DNA of 64,000 nucleotides. Origin: Cyanidioschyzon merolae (taxonomy: Eukaryota). Each line of letters begins with the position of its first letter. Position 1 is the stretch's first letter. Position numbers and translations under genes: made by a program. Below the pieces are notes generated by a model. The model searched no databases. It was not told the origin of the DNA and was given only the letters and a program-made list of their open reading frames with translations. Positions 9,246 to 21,037 of this stretch are shown one piece after another. The stretch lies in the NCBI GenBank assembly GCA_000091205.1, contig AP006502.2; one strand, 5' to 3'.

Positions 9246-10709
9246 CGCAAGTGCCAGCGCAGTGCTGTACCATTTCAGTGGTCCTGCTCAAAAGATCCCG
9301 TTGAGCGCTCGAGAGGGGCGAAATCCCCAGAGAGTGATGACAGAGAAGTGTTCAGAAAGCCGCATTCTCCGAGCTCGGAAAGGGACGCTGTTGTTGCAAA
9401 AAGCGCGAAAGAGCAGAGGCCTGTCACTCAGACTACGGCAAACGTTGTGGAAGGAGGCCATAACGAAGAGCGCAACGACCGCGGCGCGCCCGCTGACTCG
9501 CTCGCAGCACTTCAAGAGGATTTGCCGCTCATTCGTCAGATATTCGGGGCAGATACGTTTTTCCCCACAGAGGATGTTGTTGGGAAACGCGGTGTCGTCT
9601 ATCGGGGCAACTTGCGCAATAAGCCGGATGAAGTCTACCGGCGCCTTGCTAAGCGACTGGAATCACTTCTGGGAGATAGATATATATTATCTCTTCTGGA
9701 AGGAGATGAAAACGGAAGAGCATTCGTTCTAATCGAACCAAACGGTACCTTGGCAGGAGACAGTACGGCACGGCCCTTCTCGGTGAAGAAGGAGGATGTG
9801 CTCACGATCATGCTGGCGCTCTTGTTTTGCATCCTAACTGGAATGACCATTTTTCTAAGGGTAGGCACCATTCTTGGTCCCGAATATGGTGAAATTCGCC
9901 GGATAACGTTTCAGAATGGGGTGAAACCTGTTTTCTTCAGCTTTTTTTCAACCTTGATTGCCGCGCAACTCCTCCAGCGACTCCTCGCGTGGAAATATAG
10001 ATGTTCCATTGGGACGCCAATTCTCCTTCCGAGCCCGCAGCTCGGGAGCTTTGGCTCCGTGTACCATCTAGACCAATCGCCTCCCGACCGCAAGGCTCTT
10101 TTCGACATCGCCATGGCAAGTGGTGGCCTCCCATTCATCGTTAGTATTCTGATCTTCACCGTTGGTGTGATCATGACTTCTTTTGCTGTGGGACTGCCAC
10201 TCGCATCTGTCCACGGCTCGTTGATGAACGTGCGGAATTTTGTATACGTACCGGAGCAATGGATTTACCGTGATTCTTTTCTGTTGGGGCTCATTGCGCG
10301 CGCATTGCTAAGCGTGCAGCCAGTGACGCTGAATGCGGCAGTTGCTGCAGACCAGCAACTAGCACCGCTCGTTCTGGTGCATCCGTTAGTTCTCGTCGGT
10401 GCGACACTCATGCAGATATCGGCGCTGTCGTTGCTGCCTCTGCGGCAGCTGGATGGCTGGCGTATCCTAACAGCCATCTTCGGCAGACGAGCGGCGAGTC
10501 TGCTTTCGCGCTTCACCGTGCTCTATCTTCTAATCGGGGCAGCGAGGTATCCTTATCTGCTCTTATTTCTAACCGTGATTCCGTTCGGGCCGTGGAAACT
10601 CGATCGCCAGTGTCGGAATGAAATATCGGAAACAGATCGTATTCGTCAGATTGTAGGCTACATTGTAATCGTGATCATGATCTTTGCAATGTGCCCCTAT
10701 TCGAAGTAG
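9075..10709 (+). CDS. EGY-family (site-2 protease/M50-like) polytopic membrane protein, apparently lacking the HExxH zinc site (EGY3-like pseudo-protease). The start codon is uncertain because the ORF overlaps 8115-9245.
   Basis: The N-terminal region FGADTFFPTEDVVGKRGVVYRGNLRNKPDEVYRRLAKRLESLLGDRYILSLLEGDENGRAFVLIEP matches the conserved EGY1/2/3 luminal domain. Multiple TM helices follow, and LPLRQLDGW resembles the LDG motif. The position of HExxH is occupied by AAQLLQ. Confidence 0.7.
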   Translation: MLAALGQAQLEDPPVRRLAFAWRIGSWSSRKGVLAWASLACSSRNLGCDTRLQASQQRKCQRSAVPFQWSCSKDPVERSRGAKSPESDDREVFRKPHSPSSERDAVVAKSAKEQRPVTQTTANVVEGGHNEERNDRGAPADSLAALQEDLPLIRQIFGADTFFPTEDVVGKRGVVYRGNLRNKPDEVYRRLAKRLESLLGDRYILSLLEGDENGRAFVLIEPNGTLAGDSTARPFSVKKEDVLTIMLALLFCILTGMTIFLRVGTILGPEYGEIRRITFQNGVKPVFFSFFSTLIAAQLLQRLLAWKYRCSIGTPILLPSPQLGSFGSVYHLDQSPPDRKALFDIAMASGGLPFIVSILIFTVGVIMTSFAVGLPLASVHGSLMNVRNFVYVPEQWIYRDSFLLGLIARALLSVQPVTLNAAVAADQQLAPLVLVHPLVLVGATLMQISALSLLPLRQLDGWRILTAIFGRRAASLLSRFTVLYLLIGAARYPYLLLFLTVIPFGPWKLDRQCRNEISETDRIRQIVGYIVIVIMIFAMCPYSK

Positions 10710-13700
10710 AGCCTATATCGGTTCGTCGGTGATACACAGAGTGCCAGTGCATACACAAATTAGCAAAAGATTTATGGAGTATTTGAAGGACAACTGGATT
10801 CAGTTTGATAGCGCTTTGCGACCGAAAGTGATTTTTCTAATGAACACGGGGATGATTCTGAAAAACGATGAAACTTGCAGTGCTTTGTGAGAATCTTTTT
10901 AGATTTCATGGATATGAGCACGGCCGTCGACAGGGTTTCGTATTCACCTGAGCAAAGCCCCGAATACGGTCACACATATGCAAAGGGAATCCATGTTGCT
11001 CCGGAGGCTGGCACTCTGCATGATGCTGGACGATCTACGTAGAGAATATCGTGTGATTGGTGTACATCCAGGCGAGACACTGGTCGAGCCTTGTGCATGA
11101 ATTCCTCTCGGAAGGCACAGGGCGTGAACGGAACTCAATCGACGTGATTGGCTTAACAGTGGCCCCAGACGTAAACGAGCAGCAGTACACCGTCCAAAGG
11201 ATAAACATGGATTGGCATCGTTGGACGTGTTCTCTACACCCGTTTCAGATTAAAATGGAACGGATCCGATCAATTAGCGCAGTAATAAACTCTAACGCTT
11301 CGGTTTCTTCTGATGGTCATCGACATCAGTCTTTACGGGGGGTTCCTGAGACTGGTTCCATTTTCTCTTGCTTATTCCCGAGTTTGAAAACGCTGGTCTC
11401 ACTTGCTTCCCCAGCTCCGTCGTCAGCAGCGAAAGGACGTTGAATGCAGCCTCAAAGTCCCGAGTTCGCAGCCTTCGACTGCTGTCGAAGCATTTCATGT
11501 CAAGGCGGAAGTTGCGATCCCCAGGTCGCGTGCCATTTTCAGCTTCCTTGTAAACAGCCTCTATGCGCTCTTCGCATCGGTTACACGAGGGTACGGTTGA
11601 TCCATATGTGCACTGCATATGCTTCATCGATGGCCGTCATTTGGCGCGTGAAACTTGCTTCGTGGCCTCATTAATGCCCTCGGCGGGAACAGAGGGCTTC
11701 CCTCCATGCCCTCCTCGGTACCCGCGCCCGATTTCGTAACTCACTACCATAGACTGTTTCAGGTCCATCTACTTAGCGAGTACTCTGTTTGCCGCACGTG
11801 CAGGTGCACGCGGCTCTGTTCGATAGAGAATCACTGAAACGTAAACTAATCAACTATGAGACAATTGCCAGAAGCAAAATCCTAGCTAGAGAACTAGCCA
11901 AGAAATTTCGATCTTTTTACGCTGTGTTTATGCAATGCTGTGATACATTCTCCTGTGGAAGTGATCTTTACGAGGAATCAAGTCCGAGCCAAAGATCCTT
12001 ATCCATGGAAACAGAAAAGACGGGAGCCGCAGTGAGCATAGCCCGTGAGAGGTATACTGCTACAAACGATTGCCGTCTCTTCGATGACCACAAACAGATT
12101 GTGATTTGTTTCTAGTACAGGATCAATTATTTGACGTGACATATTTAGCGAACGTTCGGCATAAGCTAGTGAACAAGTCTTCAAGAGGAGAAGTAGTGTA
12201 CGTTTTCTCGTCAATCCAGCAGCGCAACTTGCTGCACCAACGAATTGCCTTGAAATAGAAAGATCTAAGTGTGAATGGCAACGTGCTTTAAGCATGCTGT
12301 ACATAAGGGGAATAGAATAGTGTATCGCTGCACATATGCAGTGGACAATTGTATCAAACGTTTTACGAATTCTAATTCGACGACGTCGGGAATCGTCTTG
12401 ATTCCGGTCACCTGATGAATTCCAGCTGGAAAGTGTCGATAAAACCGCTCCGGAACTACGAGCTAGGATCCTAAAAATACGTATGAATCTCTATGTACTT
12501 ATTGATGCACTTCAAATATCGAGGCAGTACATCTAAATAACGTTCGAAACAAACGGAAAAGAAGGAGCAGACAGAACTGTTCAATGCTCTATATTAGGCT
12601 CACACCGGGACAGAAGCGAATGCAATATGCAGTTTTGATATTTGCGCTGTCTGTGATCAGCGCAAGCGAGTAGGATACACAAGAAGCGGGAGACGTTTAC
12701 GGCACAGTGCCATCATATACGGCAGGTCCTGAAATCGGGGAACAAAACAGGGTCCCTTTGCGCCTTTCGCATCACGCCTGAATAGTTGTCAAAAGCCCAC
12801 TGGTTGTCCGTGGAAAGAGCTCTTGACGAGCAGGGTCTGCGTTATGCAGGGGCAAAGTGGGGTTATAAGGCTCTTCTTCTGTACGGCGTACTACATTAGG
12901 GGCATTCAGTGGTACCCGCACGCTTCAGGTCGGGGTTCAAAATGCTCTAGCAAAAGTCTCATAGACTCGTACGAAGCTGATGTTTCCCAACCGCGTCGAA
13001 GCCCGTTCCCAACGTGATGGACTCACGGCGCAGAGGAGCACAGATTCCGTATTGCTGTATTTTGGGTTTGTTCAAAACGTGTTCGGGCTTCAGTGCACTT
13101 GCCTTTTGTTTATTCACTGTAAATGACAGGAAGCGCTCTTGTCCAGTCTTCATACGCAGCAGGTGTCGACGGTAGTTGTGCTTCCATATGCGGCAGCGTT
13201 CCCTGTTGCTGTGTCCGACGCGCGTTCCCAGCTGACTACGATCATAGTTGGATTCCATCCAGCGTCAAACAACGAGCAGCATACTACCTTACATCGCTTC
13301 GAACTCGCGTCTGACACCCAACACCTGCACAGCCCGCTCTGCGACGGAACTCTACGCGCCCTCATCCGATAGCGTTGCCCAGCTCCAACGCTGACGTTCC
13401 GCAACGAGCCTCTGCAGGTGCCCGCGGCGTTCAAGCCGGCGCAAGTTCAGCACATTGCCATCAATTACTCGATCCAGGTCCCTGCAAGCCCCTGAACATG
13501 GCCTGGAGCTCATGTTCACCTAAATATCGCCCGTTGCCCTCGGAGAATCATAAGAGATACCAACTTGAGCAGTTGCGGAGCTGTGCGCCTCCAGAGCACC
13601 CATCATCGCTGCACGGTGTGCTGAGGCAACGGCGGCGGCCGCTGCGATTCCCGGATCCCAGCGCATGGCGGCGGAATGCACAGGGCGCGCCTGAAAAACG

Positions 13701-13889
13701 GTCACCTTCCAGAGTGGCAACGCCGTGCGCGAGATGCTGATGCATACGATATGCACTGGTACCGAGTTGCTGGAAGACTGAACCGTGAGGCGCTTTGACT
13801 TGCACGAGTCCGAACAGTGCTGCACTGATACGGTTTTAACTGGACACGGTTATGGGAAGTAGCCGCGCTGGAGACGACGAACGAGTGTT

Positions 13890-15104
13890 ATGAATCGGAA
13901 CAGTCGTTTAACAGCACAGAGCACAGTGTTTATAGGGCCCAAGGAGGGCAGCAGCAGCGTCGGGTTGTTTCTCGCTCGCCTCTGGCAACGACGACGACTG
14001 CACAGGCGGGTTCGTGGCGCGAGCCGCAGCCTCCAGGCGACCGCTACACAGCCGCAGTGGTCGCTGGTGCAGGTTGCGCGGCGAGTGCTCTTCCCTCCAC
14101 TATGGGTAGAGCTTGCGCGAGCGCACGTGCTTGCAAAGTTTTCGAGGGCGTTCGAGCAAGTACCGCGCAAGCGACGTGACGGGACGGCGGCACCCGCCGC
14201 AGTGAGCACGGCAGTGGAAGCGGCAGCGGCACCCAGTCCTTCGCGGAACGCAGCTCGTGGAGGACAGGGCGTTAGCCGTACGCAGCTGCTCGGGCGAATT
14301 GTGTACGAGTGGGTAGACTACGACCAACGGCGACTCGTTTGCGCCCGTCAGACAGCAGACGGGGTACCGGTGGTGGACCCGCGCTGCTCCGCCATACCGA
14401 GAACGGAGCGCCTGCGGAACAAGTGGCGGCGCCTGCGGGAGCTTTCGGCAGCATCCAGCGAGCGCGAAGCGGCAGACGGCGCGGGACCGCAGACGGACAA
14501 CGTTGCGCTGGTGGGCGCCCCAGCGGGCCCGCCACCAGTCGAAAGCCCGACGGAACAATACGCAGTCGTTAAGCTTGAATCAGGTCCCGGCACACTGCAC
14601 GAGGATACCGAAGAAGATGCTACTCTAGAACGGTGCGCGGGCCCTGCGCTGGCGCGCTGCTGGAGCGCACCCGAGCTGGGCGACGCCGAAGATGATAGCA
14701 CTCGCTATGAACCAGAGCGCTCGCCGCTGGACTATCTGGGGAACGTTCCGCTGCTATTCACCACGAACACCCCTCAGGGCCGTTTGCTTCAAAGGCGTTT
14801 GCGCGTCGCACGCCTGCAGATGCACCGCCTTGTACGGGAGGGTGTGCGCACGCTCATGCAGAGTGCGCCGCTGCGCCTAGCGCTGGGCGCTCGTCTACGC
14901 TGCTTAGACGGAGCGGCAGCGTACGAATCGCAACGAGAGGCCAGACAAGTCACGAGCGGCCCTGTTAGAGACGCCTCGCCAGCAGCGTGGAAGCGCTTCT
15001 CGGGCGACGGTGTGCTCCGCAGCGTCTCACAAGCGGCGCTCGCAACGCTAGGCACGCTGCGGTGTGAGTGGCCGTTCCACGTTCGTCGTCTGCGGGACCA
15101 GTAG
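13890..15104 (+). CDS. Hypothetical Ala/Arg-rich low-complexity ORF; it may not encode a real protein.
   Basis: Long ORF in a very GC-rich stretch. Other long ORFs overlap it on both strands and no domain was recognised. Confidence 0.2.
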   Translation: MNRNSRLTAQSTVFIGPKEGSSSVGLFLARLWQRRRLHRRVRGASRSLQATATQPQWSLVQVARRVLFPPLWVELARAHVLAKFSRAFEQVPRKRRDGTAAPAAVSTAVEAAAAPSPSRNAARGGQGVSRTQLLGRIVYEWVDYDQRRLVCARQTADGVPVVDPRCSAIPRTERLRNKWRRLRELSAASSEREAADGAGPQTDNVALVGAPAGPPPVESPTEQYAVVKLESGPGTLHEDTEEDATLERCAGPALARCWSAPELGDAEDDSTRYEPERSPLDYLGNVPLLFTTNTPQGRLLQRRLRVARLQMHRLVREGVRTLMQSAPLRLALGARLRCLDGAAAYESQREARQVTSGPVRDASPAAWKRFSGDGVLRSVSQAALATLGTLRCEWPFHVRRLRDQ

Positions 15105-16730
15105 GTGTGCATAGCGAAACTGATTTTTAACATATCTAACAAAATAACACGACGACGGAAAGATAAGTGGATATTCGTGTAGGAATCTCAGTTCGATGGA
15201 CTAACTGCTTCACGATTTAAACGGGGAACTGGAGATGCCCGCAAGTTTTTGGTTTCGCAGAACGTTTTCACCAGGGATGCCCTATGGTGCGATTCATACG
15301 AACGTTTGGGAAAGCGTCCACCTTTCTACCTACCCCTGAATTCCACTGTCGATTCTTATCCTCGGAGAGTTGCGCAGATGCGGTGCGTCGGGACCGCGCA
15401 CGCAGGACACGTGTCGAGAATCCGGGCGCCTGCGGGCGCTCAGACTCGAGCCGCTGGCTGTTTGCGTGCCATAAGCGCGACAGCCTGCACAGACGCGTAA
15501 ATGCATAAGTACATGGGTGCACGGATGCATCCTTGCTCCGTCATGCATCAGCACCGTGCCTGCGGGCTGGTGCGCGGCCTGAGGCGTAACGACGCAGACC
15601 CTTTCTAGTGCTCGACAGGAGTGGAGCGCGATGCGCGCGAAGGCTTCCACCAAGATCGGCACCGCATCAGGATCCAGTCCATGTCCCAGCGACGACGAAA
15701 CACAGCAGAAACAGCCTCAGCATGGGGATACCGCTCACAATATCCAGTTGTATAAGATCCAAGTCGCGAGCGCTCGGGCAAGGGGTGATGGACCGCGGCT
15801 CCTACACGAAGCGTGGCAGCCTTTTAGGGACCTCCTGCAGCGAACTCGTCCAGAAAGAAATATGGACCATGCTGTTGGCGCTTCCGAATCGGCGATACGA
15901 GCTAGTGCGGCATCTTCTGCCGCTGCAAGACATGCTGCAGACGATGAGTCCTGGGGCGGCACCAGAAAAGCGGTTTTACAACAAAGGCGCTGCGATAACC
16001 AGCGAATCCTGGCCAGGTGCGCGGCGGGCTATACCAGAGACAAGGCTGCAAGCTTTGCAGTAATTCAACATACGAGACAGATGGGTGAAGTATAGTACCG
16101 TATTCCAGTGGGCAGCATAAAATTCTCATTGCCAGAGTGGGCTTTATTTGTATGTGCTACAGGTTCTCAGCCGTTCACTTTTCCGTGCCGACGCTGTACG
16201 GGCCTTGACAGGTACTACCCGAACTCGTTCCCCTATTTATGCATTGAAGATGCTTTTTGTTCACTGTTCAAATGAACTATCGTGGTGTTCTGTGGTCTAA
16301 GTTCCGAAAAATAGACTCGTACTCGCAGTGAAAGTTTTCACTTGCACGGTAAGCAACACCAAAAGAACCGCAATTTGTAGAAATAATAAGAATGAATTTA
16401 GGATATTTAGGGACAATTTATGAAAGTGTTGCGCGCGTCGCGACACTGATGTCCAGCGTCGAAATTCCGCTCGTGAATCCATGGCTCTAGAATCACGGCG
16501 TGCTTCGAGTGCCCACGACTTCTCCTCGCCGGGGTCATATTTGAGTAAAATTCATATTACTGCTACGATCTTCGAGCACGGAGATTACTGCAGCTGTAAT
16601 CTCGCTAATAATATCTCGACGACTGTTGCTCCCGGCGACTGCGTTAAGCTGCAACTGCGGCGATTTGCAATAAATATGCTTTTTCAATTGGTGTTTCTAG
16701 CGCCTTTTCTTCGTAGGCTGAAATCGATTC

Positions 16731-18689
16731 ATGGCAGATCCTATCGTGGACATTGCTCCAGACCAAATATTCATTGGTGCAGAGGAGCCCTCAGCGCAAG
16801 TGCACGACGTTGAGTCGAAGGGTGCGGTCGCGGAGGAATCTGACAAGTCCTATATCCGGTACAATGCAATCGGCACTGCACTAGGCTTTCTCGTGAACGG
16901 TTACATGTACCAGGTAGGCACGTTACTTCTAACTCTATATGTGGACGCGTATTATACGGTGTATGCGAGTACGTTTCTACAGTCTGCGCTCTCTACTTCT
17001 GTACTGTACGGCGTTCTCTTTGGGCTCCTTAGCTTTGGATTCATCGCCGATATCATCGGACGCAAGGCCGGTCTCATCGCTTGCTCCTGCATCGTTATAC
17101 TCGGCTCGATCCTGTCCACGGCAGCGAACGGAAAAACAACTGACGGTATGTTCTGGATGATTATCGTCGGACGCGCTGTCGTTGGCCTCGGAATGGGCGG
17201 CGAGTACACTTGTAACGTTCCGAATATCGTTGAGGATAGTGAGGAAGTCAGCACGAAAACGCGCGGACGAAGGGTTTCGCTGCTTGTGATGCTCATGGAG
17301 GTCATCGGGAACAACACACCGACGCTGATCCAGCTGATTCTCATTGCGGCAGCTTGCCGCCACGTCTACATCACTTCATCGTCGTCTACAGGGGTAAGCC
17401 TCCCGAATTGCCGGCCTCAGGTGGTGTGGAGAATCTCCTACGGGCTGGGCCTCATTCCGTGCATCATCGTGCTTTTCTTGCGGGTTCGCATGCGCGATTC
17501 TAAAATGTACCGCAAGGATGAGAATCTAAGACGCAAGTCCTATGATCTACTGGACCTGTTTGTTATTTTCCGACACTTTATCCCACGGATGATCGGCACA
17601 ATCTTCATGTGGTTTCTCATCGACTGGATCAATTACAGCCAAGGCACGTTTGGTGGCGTGATCCTGTCGAGTGTGATCGGGGCATCTCTCTTCAAGACGG
17701 CTTGGATCAGTCTCGCCCAGGGCGTGGTGCTCACTCTCGGGCCAGTTGCGGCTGCTCTGGTCGTGGATCGTCTCGGACGGCGGAAAACGGAGGTCCTCGG
17801 ATGGGCGTGGCTCGCCTCCACGCAGCTGATTACGGCTGGCGTGTACCTCATGCTTGCAAAGCATGCGGTAGGCTACGTTATTTGGACTACTTTCGTATTC
17901 ATTTTCCAGTACTTTGTGTTCATCCCTGTCTATCTGGTCCCGGCTGAAGTGTACCCCACTCGCGTGCGTGCAACGCTCTACGGATGGTCATCGGCGCTCG
18001 GCAAGGTCGGGGGCATTGTCGGAACGACCGTGTTTCCTTACATGTGGAGCGCGCTCTCGCCCGATGGCAACGAGTCCGGCCATAGCGGCCTCCTTGGACT
18101 GCGTAAGATCCAGTGGATCTACGCAGGAATCGAATACTTCGGTTTGATCCTTGCTCTCCTATTTGTCCCGGAGTATAGTAACGTCAGTCTCAGAGGCGAG
18201 GAGAATCGATTCCTGGCCATGCGTGCGCGGTACGCTGCGCGCTTCGCGAAGAGCCTCGGTGCACAGCCCGCACCAGCCGCCTCCTTCGAGAGCATTCAGA
18301 TTGGGCACTACTCCTGGTGGTCCCTGCTCTACCTTCGCCTCTTCCGCAGTCGTGAGGAGTACGCTGCAGCTCTGGAGCAGTACGCTCAGATGCTGCTTGC
18401 GCGCTCCTACATCACCAAGGTGGAGCAGCTCGAGCAGTACGCTGCTGCGCCCGTCTACTACAACGACCGGACGCTGTTCTCGAATCTCATCCGGCGCATC
18501 CGCCTCGGAGCAGAGGGTGCCAGGGAGTACAATCGCCTGTCGGAGCTGATGGGCGAGGAGTCCATGGAGAATCCAGCCTTTGGCGAGCAGCAGGCGAAGA
18601 TCGTGCTGTCTGCGGATGGTGGTTCGAGCGATGAAAAAGTATCGAAGGAAGCAACGGATACCACCACAGACAACAGCATGACCTTTTGA
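16731..18689 (+). CDS. Major-facilitator-superfamily transporter, probably an inorganic phosphate:H+ symporter (Pho84/PHT1-like).
   Basis: About 12 predicted TM segments. GMGGEYTCNVPNIVEDSEE resembles the PHT1/Pho84 signature GIGGDYPLSATIxSE. A central hydrophilic loop and a C-terminal hydrophilic tail are present. Confidence 0.6.
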   Translation: MADPIVDIAPDQIFIGAEEPSAQVHDVESKGAVAEESDKSYIRYNAIGTALGFLVNGYMYQVGTLLLTLYVDAYYTVYASTFLQSALSTSVLYGVLFGLLSFGFIADIIGRKAGLIACSCIVILGSILSTAANGKTTDGMFWMIIVGRAVVGLGMGGEYTCNVPNIVEDSEEVSTKTRGRRVSLLVMLMEVIGNNTPTLIQLILIAAACRHVYITSSSSTGVSLPNCRPQVVWRISYGLGLIPCIIVLFLRVRMRDSKMYRKDENLRRKSYDLLDLFVIFRHFIPRMIGTIFMWFLIDWINYSQGTFGGVILSSVIGASLFKTAWISLAQGVVLTLGPVAAALVVDRLGRRKTEVLGWAWLASTQLITAGVYLMLAKHAVGYVIWTTFVFIFQYFVFIPVYLVPAEVYPTRVRATLYGWSSALGKVGGIVGTTVFPYMWSALSPDGNESGHSGLLGLRKIQWIYAGIEYFGLILALLFVPEYSNVSLRGEENRFLAMRARYAARFAKSLGAQPAPAASFESIQIGHYSWWSLLYLRLFRSREEYAAALEQYAQMLLARSYITKVEQLEQYAAAPVYYNDRTLFSNLIRRIRLGAEGAREYNRLSELMGEESMENPAFGEQQAKIVLSADGGSSDEKVSKEATDTTTDNSMTF

Positions 18690-19844
18690 GGTATGCATGA
18701 TCATGGAAAGTCATGCATTAGCATCATGAACGAGATACGGCTATGTAGAGGCTCCGCATGGAGCGCAGAAACGTCATCGAAAGGAACCGGCGAGCGTTAC
18801 GAAGCGATGTTTCCTGATTGCGTACGCGCTCATGGGGAGACCCATACCAGACGGACGGAAACCCCGCAGGGAAGGACACGCACACCAATAAACTGCAGTT
18901 CAGCTCTCACAACATGTGTCCCAATATCGATACAGCGCTCGCTGGAGTCCGCAGTCATTTCCTGCACCTGCTGCGTTGCCTATACCAGTAGCTGCTGAAT
19001 GGCCACAAGACCGTGGCGCACAGGTCACAATATCGTCTTCTACCTGAGAAAGCAACTTGCTTGATTGCTTGCTTGCTGGTTGCCTGTGCACATAGACGCA
19101 TGGATAGCCGCCTGCTTGCTTTTACGCACACATGCACACATGCATAGTTGGGAAGATGGATGGATAGGTGCGTTTGGTATCTTCTCTGCGCACCATCGCG
19201 GACATCGACGGCTACCAGGTCGCGATTTGCACCCTGAAGTACGAACGTGCGTTTCAGAGCTACTCCACGCTGCCGTATTCGAGAAATGCCTGCACCCTTG
19301 ACGCTGACGATTGCTTCGCAACAGCTGGTAGCGTTCCAGAACGACAGCCGCACCTGGCGCTTGGTGGAAGCACGCTCAAGGATCCTGGACACGAAGCGGG
19401 TGCGCAAGCTATTGAGCGTCTTGGAACTATTATCGAGAACGAAAAAACATAGAGCACAGGGATCGCCTCCGCTCTGGACGCGCTGAAGAAGGTCAGCACC
19501 GATCCCCGGTTGCACGTCGTTCCGAATCGTATCCTGCGTGTCCTGCTATCGGGGTTCTACGTGGCGGGCGGTGGCTGGCTAGCACACAGCACCATACCCT
19601 GTGGCGACTTGTGAGCTCACCGATATCCGCTCAACTGCGCATGATGCACCAGAACGTAGTTTCGCTCATGGGAACACAGATCGCGTTAACGCTAATCAGG
19701 CTCGCGCCTCAGCCTTCTGCCCTAAGCAAAGCAACGAGCATGTTAGACGTGCTGCGGACCTGGCACGTGCAGGATTCTTGTCATAGCACTTCACCTCAAC
19801 TGTGCTCTAGCGCCAAGTGCGTATCATTTAATGTTTTTTTTCGT

Positions 19845-20345
19845 GGTTTAGAGCAAATGCTCTCGAAGTGCGTTCATTTACAAATGTAAAAAGGCTAAGG
19901 TATAGAGATGGAAGTCGCGGATCCTAGAGGGCCTCATTGCCGGCTGTCCGAAAACAAGGAAAAAATCCTCTTTTCGCCGTTCATCGAGCAAGGGAAAGCG
20001 CGCGGCGGCGAAGAAAAAGAGGACAGGTAGACGAGAAAAGGTGCTCGCCTGACGGGACGAGGTCGAGACTGTAGTAGAACAGAGGACACAAGTTCGAGGA
20101 ATCCTTGCAATGGTGAGTTCAACCAGAGGCAGGGTACGCATAGAGTTCGCGAACCGAGAGTTTAACGCTGCTATCAACATCGGGAGATGTGCAGTGCTGG
20201 ACAAGAGACCCCCGGAGCTGATACGAGCCGACTTTGTGGGAGAACCTCTCAGGGTCGAATTGTACGGGATGACGTTGCAACCAGTAGTAGGCGGCCGGTC
20301 CAAAAGACGGGAAGGCGTCTGCACGTGAGTGGGTAGACATCCAGT
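19845..20345 (+). mobile_element. RF1 copy B, 3'-truncated. It has the leader GTGCGTTCATT and the TnpB RuvC-III remnant at 20110-20328, but no 3' module. The RF2 repeat follows ~270 bp downstream.
   Basis: ORF MVSSTRGRVRIEFANREFNAAINIGRCAVLDKRPPELIRADFVGEPLRVE.... The leader DNA is homologous to copies A and C. Confidence 0.6.
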
Positions 20346-20612
20346 CTACGCTTCTAGGCATAAAGTCCAGGGAAGCGGATGCGTACACGGGCACAGTGCG
20401 CTTTCTGCGTCTGCCCATTGGTTGGTGTCAAGCACAAACCCGCATTGCCAACCGACAACAACGCATTCCATGCATGATCACGAAGGAGAGAGGCGGCTCC
20501 CAGAATGTATCCTAACAGCCAAGTTTCTCCAGCGTGTCGTGCAGCGAAGGCAAGCCTGCATCCGCAGACTGTCCAAGCACAAACTGACGACGAGATCCGA
20601 TTCTACTTCGGT

Positions 20613-20900
20613 TGAACCACGCCTCGAGCCGACGCCCTCTGTGGTATAGAAAAACTGTTCTAGCTCGGTGAACTATCTGCTCCAGCATTTAAGGTGCAAA
20701 GGCGGACACGGAAAGGCAGGTAGTAGGCACACACAATAGGACATGTGAAACGACCAGAATATCCGAGAAAAAAGTCTGGGGAATGGAGCTTGGAAGCAGG
20801 GCATTTAATGGATACCTCACCGCGCACTGAAAAAAAACACAAAAAAAGTAAGAAGAAATGCACATAATCGGAGAACGCTGCCCCAAGTAAACGTTTTGTC
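20613..20900 (-). repeat. RF2 repeat, copy 1 (minus orientation), ~285 bp, directly upstream of the PGM gene.
   Basis: Its reverse complement matches the 41387-41670 and 57363-57635 copies: AAACGTTTACTTGGGGCAGCGTTCTCCGATTATGTGCATTTCTTCTTAC, a long T-rich tract ending in ...TTTTTTTTCAGTGCGCGGTGAGGTATCC..., and ...TACCACAGAGGGCGTCGGCTCGAG. Confidence 0.7.
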
Positions 20901-21037
20901 GATGAAAAAATCCAGTCTACGGCCGGCGGCGCGCCGCTCGCGACGAATGCATACCGACCATACAGCGTTTGTCGCTAAGAAGGCATTTGCTGTTGTCTGC
21001 GGCGGGTGCCCTGACGAGCAAACTTTTCTTCTTTTTG

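Noticed and set aside
12570-12595. 20-nt string C(A/C)GA..AACTGTTCAATGCTCTAT shared between 12571-12595 and 47750-47775.
   Set aside because: There are only two short copies with no extended flanking similarity. It is possibly the edge of a rare repeat but too short to call.
20105-20125. GGTGAGT sequences inside RF1 remnants (caATGGTGAGTtc at 20108; TTGGTGAGTTCC at 38025) considered as intron donor sites that might join upstream Fanzor exons.
   Set aside because: The reading frame runs straight through them (..M V S S.. and ..L V S S..), and the conserved element leader begins only ~150-250 bp upstream. There is no evidence of upstream TnpB exons.
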